DNA of 64,000 nucleotides from Providencia sp. (GCF_040396775.1 NZ_JBEBNT010000019.1:7880-71879); one strand, 5' to 3'; positions 51,878 through 63,588 are shown, counted from the stretch's first letter. Numbers and translations: made by a program. Notes: generated by a model not told the origin, from the sequence alone.

Positions 51878-53902
51878 TTAATCATTTTTCTTACTTAGTC
51901 CTAATCGTGCTTTGATATCAGCTAATGCAGATTGCCCCTTTTGCATGCGCTCTTCGGCACTAACAACTTTTCGCTGTTGTTCCCACTCAAGGTCATCTTG
52001 CGGTAGCTCAAGTAAAAAACGACTCAGCTCAGGACGAATTAACTCTCCATATTGACGGCGCTCGCGGCAATGCGTGAAAAATAGCTCTCTTTGTGCTCGA
52101 GTGATCCCCACATAGGCTAAACGGCGCTCTTCATCGATATTATTTTCGTCAATACTGCTTTGGTGCGGAAGCAATCCTTCTTCCATTCCGACCAGAAAAA
52201 CATAAGGAAATTCAAGCCCCTTGGATGCATGCAGAGTCATTAGCTGAACTTGGTCAGATTCTTCATCGTCTTCCCCTCGTTCCATCATATCGCGTAATGT
52301 AAAACGAGTGACCACTTGGCTGAGCGTCATCGGGTCGTTAAGTTCATCCCCTTCCACCATCTCACTCATCCAAGTAAACAATTGGTTGACGTTTTTCATG
52401 CGCATTTCAGCGGCTTTGGTACTGGTTGATGTTTCATACAACCAACTTTCGTAATCCATTTCACGCAGTAAATCACGTACTGCAATCAATGGCTCGCGCT
52501 CTGATGTACGAACGATACTGTCCATCCACTGAGTAAACCGTTGTAATGCCTCTAATCCTTTGCCTTTTAGGGTTTGTTCTAGCCCTAAATCAAAACTGGC
52601 TTGATATAAGCTTTTCCCCCGTTGATTCGCCCACTCTCCCAATTTTTGAATAGTTTTTGGGCCAATTTCCCGGCGCGGTGTGTTCACAATGCGTAAAAAG
52701 GCACTGTCATCTTCAGGGTTAGTCAGCACTCGCAAATAAGCCAGTAAATCTTTAATTTCAGGGCGTGAGAAAAATGAAGTACCGCCAGAGATACGATATG
52801 GAATACGGTTCTGCATCAACATTTTTTCAAAAATACGCGACTGGTGATTACCGCGATATAAAATCGCATAATCTTTGTATTCCGTTTTGTTGATAAAGTG
52901 ATGGGCGATAAGTTCGCCAATCACCCGCTCCGCTTCATGATCTTCATTATTTGCCGTTAAAACTTTTAATGGCACGCCGTAACCCAGCTCAGAGAACAAT
53001 TTCTTTTCAAATACATGGGGGTTGTTCGCAATTAAGATATTTGCAGTTTTTAATATTCGGCCTGAAGAGCGGTAATTTTGCTCAAGCTTAATCACGTTCA
53101 ATTTAGGAAAATCTTGGCTAAGTAGCACCAAGTTTTGCGGCCTTGCACCACGCCATGAGTAAATCGATTGGTCGTCGTCCCCAACCACCGTAAAACGCGC
53201 ACGTTGTCCCACTAGCAATTTCACCAGTTGATATTGGCTGGTATTGGTATCTTGGTATTCATCCACCAGCAAATAACGAATTTTTTGCTGCCAGCGCTCA
53301 CGCACTTCTTCATTTTGATATAACAAAAGCGTTGGCTTGCTGATTAAATCGTCAAAATCCAGTACGTTGCAGCTCTTTAAATGCAATTCATAACGGCGGT
53401 AACACTCTGCAAAGTGGTGTTCTTTTTCCGTTCGTGCCTGCCCGACAACTTGCTGTGGTGAGATAAGATCGTTTTTCCAATTTGAGATCGCAGAGATCAA
53501 CTGCTGTAGCAGGTCTTTATCTTCTTCAAGTAAATCAAATGTTAGCTCTTTGAGTAATGCCATTTGGTCTTGGTCATCAAACAGTGAAAAATTGGCTTTG
53601 ATGCCCAATGCCTTATATTCACGCTTAATAATTTCCAAGCCCAATGTATGGAAGGTTGAAATGATGAGCCCACGCGCCTCTTTTTTACCTAACGTTTGTG
53701 CGACACGCTCTTTCATTTCACGTGCAGCTTTGTTGGTAAAGGTAACAGCGGCAATTTGTCGTGGTTGATAACCACACTGGCGGATCAAGTGTGCAATTTT
53801 GTTAGTAATAACACGGGTTTTACCTGATCCAGCCCCTGCCAATACAAGGCAAGGGCCATCGACAAATTCAACTGCCTGTTGCTGGCCTGGGTTTAATCGC
53901 AT
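51878..53902 (-). CDS. rep: ATP-dependent DNA helicase Rep
   Basis: 674-aa SF1 helicase. [31 protein letters not shown] is as in E. coli Rep. Confidence 0.97.
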   Translation of the reverse strand: MRLNPGQQQAVEFVDGPCLVLAGAGSGKTRVITNKIAHLIRQCGYQPRQIAAVTFTNKAAREMKERVAQTLGKKEARGLIISTFHTLGLEIIKREYKALGIKANFSLFDDQDQMALLKELTFDLLEEDKDLLQQLISAISNWKNDLISPQQVVGQARTEKEHHFAECYRRYELHLKSCNVLDFDDLISKPTLLLYQNEEVRERWQQKIRYLLVDEYQDTNTSQYQLVKLLVGQRARFTVVGDDDQSIYSWRGARPQNLVLLSQDFPKLNVIKLEQNYRSSGRILKTANILIANNPHVFEKKLFSELGYGVPLKVLTANNEDHEAERVIGELIAHHFINKTEYKDYAILYRGNHQSRIFEKMLMQNRIPYRISGGTSFFSRPEIKDLLAYLRVLTNPEDDSAFLRIVNTPRREIGPKTIQKLGEWANQRGKSLYQASFDLGLEQTLKGKGLEALQRFTQWMDSIVRTSEREPLIAVRDLLREMDYESWLYETSTSTKAAEMRMKNVNQLFTWMSEMVEGDELNDPMTLSQVVTRFTLRDMMERGEDDEESDQVQLMTLHASKGLEFPYVFLVGMEEGLLPHQSSIDENNIDEERRLAYVGITRAQRELFFTHCRERRQYGELIRPELSRFLLELPQDDLEWEQQRKVVSAEERMQKGQSALADIKARLGLSKKND

Positions 53903-54000
53903 GGTTTCTCTACATCACTTAGTTATTCAAAATGGAACTCGCTACAGATTGTAGCAGAAACCCAACCAACTCTTGAGCCGTTAATTCTCCCAATTGATAG

Positions 54001-54040
54001 AAAACAAAAAACCACACTATTCGCTGGAACAATGTGGTTT
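54001..54040 (-). terminator. distal ilvC terminator copy
   Basis: Stem aaaccaca/tgtggttt. On the minus strand it is followed by TTTTGTTTT. Confidence 0.65.
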
Positions 54041-54090
54041 GGTTTTATTCTTTTACTACATCAATGCATTTTTCTAGACTATTCGCGTTA

Positions 54091-54166
54091 GAGGAAGGCG
54101 GCAAGTGGTGCTACCCCAATGAGCATACATTAGTATGTGACTTGGGTAGCAACATGTAGCCAACGC
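54091..54166. repeat. ERIC/IRU-like repeat, copy 1
   Basis: gaggaaggcggcaagtggtgctaccccaatgagcatacattagtatgtgacttgggtagcaacatgtagccaacgc has the same order of blocks and the same imperfect palindrome as the remembered ERIC consensus (..AGGAAGGCGGCAAG..CCCCAGGAGCTTACATAAGTAAGTGACTGGGG..CAGCCAACGC). Confidence 0.7.
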
Positions 54167-54180
54167 ATCTACAGCCCAAA

Positions 54181-54214
54181 ACAAAAAACCACATCATTCA
54201 TCAGAACGATATGG
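54181..54214 (-). terminator. proximal ilvC terminator copy (degenerate duplicate)
   Basis: Stem ccacatc/gatatgg (includes one G-U pair). On the minus strand it is followed by TTTTTTGT. Confidence 0.5.
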
Positions 54215-54278
54215 CTTGCTTTGTTTTTTTGTTCTTTCTTTTACTACATCAATGTATTTTTCTAAACTATTCGCGTTA

Positions 54279-54354
54279 GAGGAAGGCGGCAAGTGGTGCT
54301 ATCCCAAGGAGCATACATTAGTATGTGACTTGGGTAGCAACATGTAGCCAACGC
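54279..54354. repeat. ERIC/IRU-like repeat, copy 2
   Basis: Near-identical to copy 1. Part of a tandem duplication of about 188 bp (54001-54178 and 54179-54366). Confidence 0.7.
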
Positions 54355-54387
54355 GCCTATCACGCGAAGAGTGATGAAAAATTAGGT

Positions 54388-54442
54388 TATCCCAAGGAGC
54401 ATACATTAGTATGTGACTTGGGTAGCAACATGTAGCCAACGC
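54388..54442. repeat. ERIC/IRU-like repeat, partial copy 3
   Basis: Right-hand two thirds only. Part of a tandem duplication of about 87 bp (54299-54385 and 54386-54472) whose end includes the ilvC stop codon. Confidence 0.7.
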
Positions 54443-54469
54443 GCCTATCACGCGAAGAGTGACGAAAAA

Positions 54470-55945
54470 TTAACTTCCAACTGAAATTTTCTTCATATCC
54501 GTCATATAACCACGTAACGTCTTACCGATTTTCTCGATAGGATGATTACGGATTGCTTCATTGATATCACGTAGCTGCGCGTTATCTGTACCATTATCAG
54601 CAACTGGTTTCGCTAAATCACCTGCTTGTAACTTGGTCATGAAGTCTTTCAGCATCGGAACAGCTGCAAATGAGAACAGGTAGTTACCGTATTCCGCGGT
54701 ATCTGAAATAACCACGTTCATTTCATATAAACGCTTACGCGCAATGGTGTTCGCAATCAGTGGCAGTTCATGCAGAGACTCGTAGTATGCTGATTCTTCT
54801 AAGATACCCGCTTCTAACATAGTATCGAACGCTAATTCAACACCCGCTTTAACCATCGCAACTAACAGAACGCCGTGGTCGAAATATTCTTGCTCTGCGA
54901 TTTTTCCTGCATATTCAGGGTAATTTTCAAATGCAGATTGGCCTGTCTCTTCACGCCATGTCAGCAGGTTTTTATCATCATTAGCCCAGTCTGCCATCAT
55001 GGTTGATGAGAACTCACCTGAAATGATGTCATCCATATGTTTTTGAAACAGCGGTGCCATGATAGTTTTCAGTTGCTCAGACAACGCATATGCGCGGACT
55101 TTCGCAGGGTTAGATAAACGATCCATCATCAGCGTGATACCACCTTGTTTCAGCGCTTCTGTGATAGTTTCCCAACCAAATTGAATCAATTTACCGGCGT
55201 AGCCTGGCTCAACACCGTCCGCAACCATTTTGTCGTAGCTCAGTAATGCGCCTGCTTGCAACATACCACACAGAATGGTTTGCTCGCCCATCAGGTCAGA
55301 CTTAACTTCAGCGACAAATGAAGATTCCAGAACACCTGCACGATGACCACCAGTGGCAGCTGCCCATGCTTTAGCAATCGCCATCCCCTCACCTTTCGGG
55401 TCATTTTCTGGGTGAACAGCAATCAGAGTTGGAACACCAAATCCACGTTTGTATTCTTCACGAACTTCCGTACCTGGGCATTTTGGCGCAACCATCACAA
55501 CAGTAATATCTTTACGGATTTCTTCACCCACTTCAACAATGTTGAAACCGTGTGAATAACCCAGTGCTGCGCCTTGTTTCATCATAGGCTGAACAGCACG
55601 AACAACGGTAGAGTGTTGTTTGTCTGGCGTTAAGTTAACAACTAAGTCCGCCGTTGGGATCAATTCTTCATAGGTGCCAACTTTAAAGCCGTTTTCAGTT
55701 GCTTTACGCCATGAAGCACGTTTTTCGCTAATCGCTTCTGCACGTAATGCATAAGCGATATCTAAACCAGAGTCACGCATATTCAGGCCTTGGTTCAGAC
55801 CTTGTGCACCACAACCGACGATGACGATTTTTTTCCCTTTCAGGTAGCCAGCTTCGTCCGCAAATTCTTCACGTTTCATAAAGCGGCACTTGCCTAACTG
55901 AGCTAACTGCTCACGCAAATTCAATGTGTTAAAATAATTCGCCAT
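54470..55945 (-). CDS. ilvC: ketol-acid reductoisomerase
   Basis: The ATG at 55945 gives [23 protein letters not shown]..., 491 aa, collinear with E. coli IlvC. The track ORF extends to 55987. Confidence 0.97.
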   Translation of the reverse strand: MANYFNTLNLREQLAQLGKCRFMKREEFADEAGYLKGKKIVIVGCGAQGLNQGLNMRDSGLDIAYALRAEAISEKRASWRKATENGFKVGTYEELIPTADLVVNLTPDKQHSTVVRAVQPMMKQGAALGYSHGFNIVEVGEEIRKDITVVMVAPKCPGTEVREEYKRGFGVPTLIAVHPENDPKGEGMAIAKAWAAATGGHRAGVLESSFVAEVKSDLMGEQTILCGMLQAGALLSYDKMVADGVEPGYAGKLIQFGWETITEALKQGGITLMMDRLSNPAKVRAYALSEQLKTIMAPLFQKHMDDIISGEFSSTMMADWANDDKNLLTWREETGQSAFENYPEYAGKIAEQEYFDHGVLLVAMVKAGVELAFDTMLEAGILEESAYYESLHELPLIANTIARKRLYEMNVVISDTAEYGNYLFSFAAVPMLKDFMTKLQAGDLAKPVADNGTDNAQLRDINEAIRNHPIEKIGKTLRGYMTDMKKISVGS

Positions 55946-56032
55946 TGTCATACTCCATTGTTCTGTTGTGTTCGTTATGTCAGGCAATCAATTTGCCTGT
56001 CGCTTATTTTTAAGCGTTTATGGATTTACTAT

Positions 56033-56096
56033 ATGCGATGTTTCGCATTGCTTAAATTGATATATTAACAATACAATGTTGCAATATTCGCAACAT
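56033..56096. promoter_or_regulatory. candidate IlvY operator pair in the ilvC-ilvY divergent region
   Basis: Two dyads: ATGCGA-N4-TCGCAT (56033-56048) and ATGTTGC-N7-GCAACAT (56076-56096). They lie between the divergent ilvC and ilvY starts, as expected for a LysR-type regulator. Confidence 0.5.
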
Positions 56097-56122
56097 GGTT
56101 AATGACTTTATCAGAGGGCAGA

Positions 56123-57019
56123 ATGGATATTCGTGATCTGAAACTTTTTTTACATTTAGCACAGAGCTGTCACTTTGGCCGTACCTCTAAAGCCATGCAT
56201 GTCAGCCCTTCAACACTGTCTCGGCAAATTCAGCGCTTAGAAGAGCAACTGGGTCACCCGCTGTTTGTCCGTGATAATCGCTCAGTAAAACTCACACAAG
56301 CAGGTGAGCACCTAAAACAATTTGCACAGCAAACCTTGTTGCAGTATCAGCAACTACAGCATGCCCTTAATCAACAAAGCCCATCACTCAGTGGTGAGTT
56401 GCATCTTTTTTGCTCAGTCACTGCCGCATACAGTCATTTACCACAAGTTTTAGACAAATTCCGTGCTTTACACCCGTTAGTCGAAATAAAGCTCACCACC
56501 GGAGATGCCGCAGATGCGGTGGAAAAAGTGGAAGCCCACGAAGCAGATCTTGGTATTGCAGGCAAGCCAGAGCGTTTACCCGATAATGTGCGTTTCACCA
56601 AAATTGGTGAAATTCCATTGGTACTCATTGCCCCATCATTGCCTTGCGCTGTACGGTCGATGGTAACGGAAGCTGAACCTGATTGGTCAACAGTGCCGTT
56701 TATTTTGCCGGAACACGGCCCATCACGAAAACGCATCGAACTATGGTTTCGCCGCCATCACATCAATAACCCTGTTATTTACGCCACAGTATCTGGCCAT
56801 GAAGCGATTGTATCGATGGTCGCGCTTGGTTGTGGTATCGCCTTGATCCCAAGTGTGGTGGTGGATAACAGCCCTGAGCCTGTTCGTAGCCGTATTTCAC
56901 AACTCGATAATATTTCGATGGTGGAACCCTTTGAACTCGGCGTTTGCCTACTCAGCAAACGCCTAAGTGAGCCGCTCATTAAAGCGTTTTGGGAATTACT
57001 CCCAGACAACTCAATCTAA
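56123..57019 (+). CDS. ilvY: LysR-family transcriptional activator IlvY
   Basis: The ATG at 56123 gives MDIRDLKLFLHLAQSCHFGRTSKAMHVSPSTLSRQIQRLEE, matching E. coli IlvY. AGAGGG lies upstream. Confidence 0.94.
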   Translation: MDIRDLKLFLHLAQSCHFGRTSKAMHVSPSTLSRQIQRLEEQLGHPLFVRDNRSVKLTQAGEHLKQFAQQTLLQYQQLQHALNQQSPSLSGELHLFCSVTAAYSHLPQVLDKFRALHPLVEIKLTTGDAADAVEKVEAHEADLGIAGKPERLPDNVRFTKIGEIPLVLIAPSLPCAVRSMVTEAEPDWSTVPFILPEHGPSRKRIELWFRRHHINNPVIYATVSGHEAIVSMVALGCGIALIPSVVVDNSPEPVRSRISQLDNISMVEPFELGVCLLSKRLSEPLIKAFWELLPDNSI

Positions 57020-58585
57020 GGTTTTTTGGCTATCTTGTGGCGCTAGGAAAAAACGAAAAGAAGGGTTGCCTGTCTCATCGTGGTACTCATACCCTAGCGC
57101 ATCAAGGTGCCTATCAAAACGCACTTCAGGTCCTGCAAGTTCAAACGCCGCCAGCACTCTCCCATAATCCGTGCCATGGCTACGGTAATGAAAAAGCGTA
57201 ATATTCCAGTGTGTTCCGAGTGTTTCTAAAAATCTCAGCAACGCTCCTGGAGACTCTGGGAACTCAAAACTATACAGTCTTTCATCTAATGGTTTGGATG
57301 GACGGCCGCCAATCATATAACGCACATGAAGCTTCGCCATTTCATCATCAGATAAATCATCAACGTCATAGCCGTTACTTCTGAGCTCTTGGATAATTTC
57401 TGCACGCTCACCATCACGACCACTTAAGCGCACCCCAACAAAAATACAGGCGCGATCAGGGTCTGCATCCGTATAACGGTAATTAAACTCCGTGATAGCA
57501 CGGTGCCCTAATAGCTGGCAAAAGCGTAAGAAACTGCCTTTTTGCTCAGGGATCGTTACCGCCAACAGCGCTTCGCGTTGCTCACCAATCTCACAGCGCT
57601 CAGAGACATAACGCAGCCCGTGGAAATTCATATTCGCGCCAGACAGGATATGTGCTAAACGCTCACCTTTAATGTTGTGCTGTTGGACATATTTTTTCAG
57701 CCCTGCCAGTGCTAAAGCGCCTGAAGGCTCGGCTATTGCACGGACATCTTCAAAAATATCTTTCAACGCTGCGCAGATAGAGTCACTATCTACCGTGATA
57801 ACATCATCAACATACTGTTGGCACAACCTAAACGTTTCATCACCGATACGTTTAACGGCAACACCTTCGGCGAATAAGCCAACACGCGGTAAATCAACGG
57901 GATGCCCCGCTTCTAACGCCGCTTTCAAACACGCCGCATCTTCCGCTTCAACACCAATGATTTTAATCTCAGGCATCAATTGCTTGATGATAACCGCCAC
58001 ACCCGCGATTAGGCCGCCACCGCCAACTGGGATGAAGATGCGGTCTAGATGCACGTCTTGTTGTAATAACTCTAACGCAATCGTCGCTTGCCCAGCAATC
58101 ACCGATGGGTGGTCAAAAGGTGGGACAAATGTATACCCCTCTTCTGCCGCCATAGCGATCGCTTTGGCTTTTGCCTCATCAAAATTCGCGCCGTGTAAAA
58201 TGGCTTCGCCACCAAAGCTACGAACCGCATCCACTTTGATATCCGCCGTTGCTACAGGCATAACAATTTTGGCTTTAACGCCAACACGACTTGCCGACAG
58301 CGCAACACCTTGGGCATGGTTTCCTGCCGATGCAGTCACAACACCTTTGGCTTTTTGCTCTTCCGTCAACGTGGCAATCATCGCGTAAGCCCCGCGTAGC
58401 TTAAAGCTGTGTACAGGCTGCCTGTCTTCGCGTTTAACCAAAATCGTATTGCCTAAACGTGCAGATATTTTGTCCATTTGCTGAAGCGGAGTAACTTGAG
58501 CCGCCTCATAGACTGGCGCACTCAGCGCCGCCTTTAAATAATCAGCACTTGTTGGTGCTGCGGGTAATGGTTTTGCCGCTGCCAC
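57011..58585 (-). CDS. ilvA: biosynthetic threonine deaminase
   Basis: 524 aa. Has the PLP motif (FKLRGAY, SAGNHAQG) and two C-terminal ACT-like regulatory repeats. Its end overlaps the ilvY end by 9 bp. Confidence 0.96.
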   Translation of the reverse strand: MAAAKPLPAAPTSADYLKAALSAPVYEAAQVTPLQQMDKISARLGNTILVKREDRQPVHSFKLRGAYAMIATLTEEQKAKGVVTASAGNHAQGVALSASRVGVKAKIVMPVATADIKVDAVRSFGGEAILHGANFDEAKAKAIAMAAEEGYTFVPPFDHPSVIAGQATIALELLQQDVHLDRIFIPVGGGGLIAGVAVIIKQLMPEIKIIGVEAEDAACLKAALEAGHPVDLPRVGLFAEGVAVKRIGDETFRLCQQYVDDVITVDSDSICAALKDIFEDVRAIAEPSGALALAGLKKYVQQHNIKGERLAHILSGANMNFHGLRYVSERCEIGEQREALLAVTIPEQKGSFLRFCQLLGHRAITEFNYRYTDADPDRACIFVGVRLSGRDGERAEIIQELRSNGYDVDDLSDDEMAKLHVRYMIGGRPSKPLDERLYSFEFPESPGALLRFLETLGTHWNITLFHYRSHGTDYGRVLAAFELAGPEVRFDRHLDALGYEYHDETGNPSFRFFLAPQDSQKTLD

Positions 58586-58586
58586 A

Positions 58587-60437
58587 TCAGCCCCCTAATT
58601 TCGACTTATCGCGTACAGCGCCTTTATCTGCACTGGTTGCTAAGGAAGCATAGGCACGCAGAGCAAAAGAGACTTCGCGCTGACGATCACGTGGTGTAAA
58701 GGCTTTATCACCACGGGCTAATTCAGCTTCACGGCGTTGGTTAAGCTCACTTTCACTGACATCCAGTACCATCGTTCTTTTTGGAATATTGATATCAATA
58801 GTATCGCCATCTTGAACCAATGCTAATAAGCCTCCACTGGCTGCTTCTGGTGAAATATGACCAATAGATAGGCCTGAACTACCGCCCGAGAAACGGCCAT
58901 CCGTGATAAGTGCGCAGCTTTTACCTAATCCCATTGATTTCAGGTAAGACGTTGGGTACAGCATTTCCTGCATTCCCGGTCCACCTTTTGGCCCTTCGTA
59001 ACGGATCACCACCACATCACCTTCAACAACTTTGCCACCTAAGATTGATTCAACCGCATCATCTTGGCTTTCAAACACTTTCGCAGGGCCACGGAAGGTT
59101 AGGCTACCTTCATCTACGCCAGCTGTTTTGACGATACAGCCATCTTCCGCAATATTTCCAGACAGTACAGCCAGACCACCATCCAAGCTATAAGCATGCT
59201 CAATGTTACGAATACAGCCATTTTCACGGTCAGTATCCAGTGAAGGCCAGCGACAATTTTGTGAAAATGCTTTGGTAGTACGAATGCCCGCAGGCCCCGC
59301 AGAAAACATGGACTTAACACTTTCGTCTTTCGTCAACATGACGTCATATTGCGCCAATGTTTCTTGAAAGGTCAGTCCTAAAATATTGGTGACATTTTCT
59401 TGCAATAAACCTGCACGGCTCAATTCACCTAAAATACCAATTACCCCACCCGCACGGTGAACATCTTCCATATGGTATTTCTGTGTACTTGGTGCCACTT
59501 TACATAAGTGCGGGACTTTACGAGATAAGCGGTCGATGTCTTCCATCGTAAAATCAACATCTGCTTCTTGTGCCGCCGCCAGCAAGTGCAGAACAGTATT
59601 CGTCGAGCCACCCATTGCGATATCAAGGGTCATTGCATTTTCAAACGCCGCTTTATTAGCAATATTGCGAGGTAACGCGCTTTCATCATCTTTTTCATAA
59701 TAGCGTTTCGTTAACTCGACAATACGTTTACCTGCGTTGATAAATAAGGTTTCACGGTCTGCGTGAGTGGCTAATAACGAGCCATTACCTGGCTGAGATA
59801 AACCTAATGCTTCAGTTAAACAGTTCATGGAGTTTGCGGTAAACATACCAGAACATGAACCACAGGTTGGGCAAGCAGAACGTTCGATTTGTTCGCTATC
59901 TGCATCACTCACATTCGGGTTTGCCCCTTGGATCATCGCATCGACTAAATCCAACTTAATGATTTGGTCTGAAAGCTTGGTTTTCCCTGCTTCCATCGGG
60001 CCACCAGACACGAAAATAACAGGGATATTGAGGCGTAATGACGCCATTAACATACCTGGAGTGATTTTGTCGCAGTTAGAAATACACACCATAGCGTCTG
60101 CACAGTGTGCATTGACCATGTATTCAACAGAATCAGCAATTAATTCACGAGAAGGTAAGGAATACAGCATTCCGCCATGCCCCATTGCAATCCCATCATC
60201 AACCGCAATTGTATTAAACTCTTTCGCTACGCCGCCTGCGTTTTCAATTTGCTCTGCAACCAGTTTACCAAGGTCACGTAAATGTACGTGACCAGGTACA
60301 AACTGAGTGAATGAGTTAACAACTGCAATAATGGGTTTTCCAAAATCAGCATCGGTCATTCCAGTTGCACGCCACAATGCGCGCGCACCCGCCATATTAC
60401 GACCATGAGTTGTTGTTGCTGAACGGTACTTAGGCAT
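58587..60437 (-). CDS. ilvD: dihydroxy-acid dehydratase
   Basis: 616 aa. [27 protein letters not shown] and CDKITPGM motifs. Confidence 0.97.
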   Translation of the reverse strand: MPKYRSATTTHGRNMAGARALWRATGMTDADFGKPIIAVVNSFTQFVPGHVHLRDLGKLVAEQIENAGGVAKEFNTIAVDDGIAMGHGGMLYSLPSRELIADSVEYMVNAHCADAMVCISNCDKITPGMLMASLRLNIPVIFVSGGPMEAGKTKLSDQIIKLDLVDAMIQGANPNVSDADSEQIERSACPTCGSCSGMFTANSMNCLTEALGLSQPGNGSLLATHADRETLFINAGKRIVELTKRYYEKDDESALPRNIANKAAFENAMTLDIAMGGSTNTVLHLLAAAQEADVDFTMEDIDRLSRKVPHLCKVAPSTQKYHMEDVHRAGGVIGILGELSRAGLLQENVTNILGLTFQETLAQYDVMLTKDESVKSMFSAGPAGIRTTKAFSQNCRWPSLDTDRENGCIRNIEHAYSLDGGLAVLSGNIAEDGCIVKTAGVDEGSLTFRGPAKVFESQDDAVESILGGKVVEGDVVVIRYEGPKGGPGMQEMLYPTSYLKSMGLGKSCALITDGRFSGGSSGLSIGHISPEAASGGLLALVQDGDTIDINIPKRTMVLDVSESELNQRREAELARGDKAFTPRDRQREVSFALRAYASLATSADKGAVRDKSKLGG

Positions 60438-60504
60438 ATCTTTAACTCCCGTGTTTAAAACAGGCGGGGAACGTCCGCCTGTAACATCTATTTCAATTTA
60501 GTTA

Positions 60505-61431
60505 TTAAGGGTTTACTGGATCTAACCAGCCCCATTTGTCTTCCGTTGTACCATTAAATAAACCGAAGAATGCTTGTTGAATTTGTTTCGTGACTGGGCC
60601 ACAACGACCAATACCAACTTGGATACCATCAACGCTGCGTACAGGGGTAATTTCTGCTGCGGTGCCTGTCATAAAGACTTCATCAGCAAGGTATAGGGAC
60701 TCACGTGATAGTGTTTGCTCACGAACTTCAATGCCCATATCTTTTGCTAAGGTTAAAATCGCATCGCGAGTAATACCGGGTAATGCTGATGACGTGAATG
60801 GAGGCGTGTATAAAATGCCATCTTTCACTTCAAAAATATTTTCCCCTGCGCCTTCTGAAAGATACCCATGAACATCTAATGCAATACCTTCTTGATAACC
60901 ATGACGGCGTGCTTCGCTACCCACTAATAAAGATGATAAATAGTTACCGCCCGCTTTTGCACCTGTAGGGATGGTATTCGGTGCGACACGGTTCCACGAA
61001 GAAACCATCGCATCAATTCCCTGATCCAAGGCTTCCTCGCCTAAATAAGCGCCCCAAGGGAAAGCGGCTAAAATGACGTCAGTGTTATAACCATCTGGTG
61101 GATTAACCCCCATGCCAACATCACCGATAAAAACGAGTGGGCGAATATATGCGCTGACTAAGTTGTTTTTGCGTAAAGTTGCACGACAAGCTTCCATTAA
61201 CTCTTCTACGCTGTAGCTGACAGGCATACGGTAAATTTTTGCAGAATCGTGCAAACGTTGCATGTGCTCACGGTGGCGGAAAACCACAGGTCCTTTGTGA
61301 GAATCGTAGCAACGGACGCCTTCAAACACTGATGTACCATAATGCAGAGCATGAGACATTACATGAACCTTTGCATCAGCCCATGGCGTCATTTCACCGT
61401 TAAACCAAATAAAGTCAGCTTTCTTAGTCAT
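60505..61431 (-). CDS. ilvE: branched-chain amino acid aminotransferase
   Basis: 308 aa. MTKKADFIWFNGEM... and the EGxRCY-like FEGVRCY motif. Confidence 0.96.
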   Translation of the reverse strand: MTKKADFIWFNGEMTPWADAKVHVMSHALHYGTSVFEGVRCYDSHKGPVVFRHREHMQRLHDSAKIYRMPVSYSVEELMEACRATLRKNNLVSAYIRPLVFIGDVGMGVNPPDGYNTDVILAAFPWGAYLGEEALDQGIDAMVSSWNRVAPNTIPTGAKAGGNYLSSLLVGSEARRHGYQEGIALDVHGYLSEGAGENIFEVKDGILYTPPFTSSALPGITRDAILTLAKDMGIEVREQTLSRESLYLADEVFMTGTAAEITPVRSVDGIQVGIGRCGPVTKQIQQAFFGLFNGTTEDKWGWLDPVNP

Positions 61432-61442
61432 TTTTATCTTCC

Positions 61443-61712
61443 TTACATTGCACTTTGTGTGCGTAATAGTCGTGATTCTTGTTGTAGCACTTCAACTTCT
61501 GTAATGTCGGAAAGCTTAGTTAACTGAGCACAAAGCTGGGTTAACGGCCTTTGACTACTTACAGTCAATTCAATATTAACATTATCGCCATCTGGTGACT
61601 GTCCCATATTCATGGCATTTATCTTAAATCCTCGATGGCGAGTGACCCTTAATATACGCTCTAAAACCTCAGGACGGAAACGGGCCAATATCGAGAGTTG
61701 ATGTTGCATCAT
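61443..61712 (-). CDS. ilvM: acetolactate synthase II small subunit
   Basis: 89 aa, overlaps the ilvG stop. ACT-like. Conserved position. Confidence 0.88.
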   Translation of the reverse strand: MMQHQLSILARFRPEVLERILRVTRHRGFKINAMNMGQSPDGDNVNIELTVSSQRPLTQLCAQLTKLSDITEVEVLQQESRLLRTQSAM

Positions 61713-63355
61713 AATGGTTTCTCCATCATTTTTTCATTACTCGCCCCTGGTGGAACCAATGGCCAGACATTTTCTAATTCATTAATTGATACCTGTAATA
61801 AGTAGGCACCTTCGCTATTCAATAATTCGTCTAATGCTGCATTTACTTGCGATTTATCTGTAATACGCTGCCCTTTAATGCCAAACGCACTGGCTAAAGC
61901 AACAAAGTCAGGATTATCCGTTAATATCGTTTCGCTATAACGTTGTTCAAAGAACAACTCTTGCCATTGGCGAACCATACCTAAACGTTGGTTATCCAAT
62001 AAAAGAATTTTGACAGGTAACTGTTTACGTTTGATGGTGCCTAGTTCTTGGACATTCATCATGAATGAGCCATCACCCGATACACAAACTACAGTGTCTT
62101 CAGGCCTCGCGACTTGTGCACCTATCGCGGCAGGAATACCAAACCCCATCGTGCCTAACCCACTTGATGTTAAGAAGTTTTCAGGGGCATCTACCGTAAT
62201 ATGCTGTGCTGACCACATTTGGTGTTGCCCAACATCCGTTGTCACAACCGTGTTTGGCTTCATTTTATCGGACAATTGTTTCAATAAGAGCGGTGCATAA
62301 ATAGGTTCGCCTGGGTGGTCATAACGCCATCCAAACTCTGTTTTCAGCTGTTGAACCTCGGCTTGCCATGGCGCAATTGATTTTTTCAACATTAATTTTG
62401 GTAATAACGCTTTTGCATCACCGTGTAAGGCTACGTGGGTTTGACGTAATTTATCCAGCTCAACGTGGTCAATATCGATATGAATAACTTTAGCATTCGG
62501 TGCAAAGGTATTTAATTTCCCCGTTACACGGTCATCAAAACGCGCCCCAACGGCAATCAGCAAATCACATCGTTGAACAGAAATGTTGGCAGCTTTCGTG
62601 CCATGCATTCCTAACATTCCTAGGTAATTCCCATCTTTTGGGTCGACGGCACCTAAGCCTTTTAATGTTGAAACAGAAGGCAATCCTGTATAGGTGATAA
62701 ATTCCCTTAATTCAGGAACGGCACCAGACATCCCAACACCGCCACCGATATACAACATCGGTTTTTCTGATTGTTCCAGCAACGCTCTCGCTTGCTGTAT
62801 CTCAGCCTCTGGAGATGACATTTCTTGCTCCACAGGCATTAAAAAAGGAGATAGCTCTGCGTGTTGCAACTGAATATCTTTCGGAATATCAATCAGTACA
62901 GGTCCAGGACGCCCACTATTTGCGATTGCGAAAGCTTCAGCAAGAATGCGAGGCAAATCATCTATCGATTCAACTAAAAAGCTATGTTTAGTACAGGCCA
63001 GAGATAGCCCTAAAACATCAATTTCCTGAAAAGCATCTGTGCCAATAAACGCGGAAGCCACTTGCCCTGTGATAGCAACAACAGGAACGGAGTCTAACAA
63101 TGCGTCCGCTAACCCAGTAATAACGTTTGTTGCACCAGGCCCTGATGTAGCGATACAAACACCTGTTTTACCTGTTGAGCGAGCATAGCCAATTGCTGCA
63201 ATCACTGCTCCTTGTTCATGCCTACACAGTAAATGTTCCACACCGCCATCATACAATGCGTCATACACTGGCATAATTGCACCACCAGGGTAGCCAAAAA
63301 CAGTATCAACCCCTCGAGTTCGTAACGCTTGGACTAACCATTGTGCTCCTGTCAT
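61709..63355 (-). CDS. ilvG: acetolactate synthase II large subunit (intact)
   Basis: 548-aa uninterrupted ThDP enzyme ([34 protein letters not shown]...). Confidence 0.96.
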   Translation of the reverse strand: MTGAQWLVQALRTRGVDTVFGYPGGAIMPVYDALYDGGVEHLLCRHEQGAVIAAIGYARSTGKTGVCIATSGPGATNVITGLADALLDSVPVVAITGQVASAFIGTDAFQEIDVLGLSLACTKHSFLVESIDDLPRILAEAFAIANSGRPGPVLIDIPKDIQLQHAELSPFLMPVEQEMSSPEAEIQQARALLEQSEKPMLYIGGGVGMSGAVPELREFITYTGLPSVSTLKGLGAVDPKDGNYLGMLGMHGTKAANISVQRCDLLIAVGARFDDRVTGKLNTFAPNAKVIHIDIDHVELDKLRQTHVALHGDAKALLPKLMLKKSIAPWQAEVQQLKTEFGWRYDHPGEPIYAPLLLKQLSDKMKPNTVVTTDVGQHQMWSAQHITVDAPENFLTSSGLGTMGFGIPAAIGAQVARPEDTVVCVSGDGSFMMNVQELGTIKRKQLPVKILLLDNQRLGMVRQWQELFFEQRYSETILTDNPDFVALASAFGIKGQRITDKSQVNAALDELLNSEGAYLLQVSINELENVWPLVPPGASNEKMMEKPL

Positions 63356-63437
63356 ATTTTTCTCCTGCTGTCCGTTTTTATCTATTTGTATTTATTATGT
63401 TTTATTTATTATATTTGGGTTAACAAACATTCATGTC

Positions 63438-63469
63438 AAAAAAAACCCCGCGCCTTTCGGTGCGGGGTT
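63438..63469 (-). terminator. ilvLG attenuator terminator
   Basis: Minus-strand aaccccgc-accgaaagg-cgcggggtt followed by T8. It lies between ilvL and ilvG. Confidence 0.85.
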
Positions 63470-63486
63470 CTCGTAAGATCTGGCTG

Positions 63487-63588
63487 TTATTTTAGCCTTC
63501 GTCGTCCAAGTGCAGCCCCGCACGGTGGGATAATAATCACCACCACGCTAATAATAATTAGGCTAACTGCTTGGATAAATGCGTTCAT
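63487..63588 (-). CDS. ilvL: ilvGMEDA leader peptide (33 aa)
   Basis: Hand translation gives MNAFIQAVSLIIISVVVIIIPPCGAALGRRRLK, with 14 Ile/Val/Leu codons. The ...VVVIIIPPCGAALGR core matches remembered E. coli IlvL. Confidence 0.9.
   Translation of the reverse strand: MNAFIQAVSLIIISVVVIIIPPCGAALGRRRLK

Noticed and set aside
54001-54472. Repeated palindromic units considered as a possible CRISPR array
   Set aside because: There are only 2.5 copies and the units are about 76 bp ERIC-like imperfect palindromes. The material between them is itself duplicated rather than made of unique spacers, and no cas genes are present.
57672-58388. 238-aa plus-strand ORF, and similar long ORFs at 59827-60291, 38342-38716, 19152-19517 and 28246-28578
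   Set aside because: Each is embedded antisense or out of frame inside a strongly conserved gene (ilvA, ilvD, wecE, xerC, hemX/hemY). They have low-complexity Ala/Ser/Pro/Thr-rich composition and no SD, so they look like spurious shadow ORFs.
60462-60484. Hairpin acaggcgg-N7-ccgcctgt between ilvE and ilvD as an internal terminator
   Set aside because: Only a short tttaaac follows on the minus strand. ilvE-ilvD are co-transcribed in the known operon, so it may be a stabilising or processing hairpin, but nothing further can be supported.
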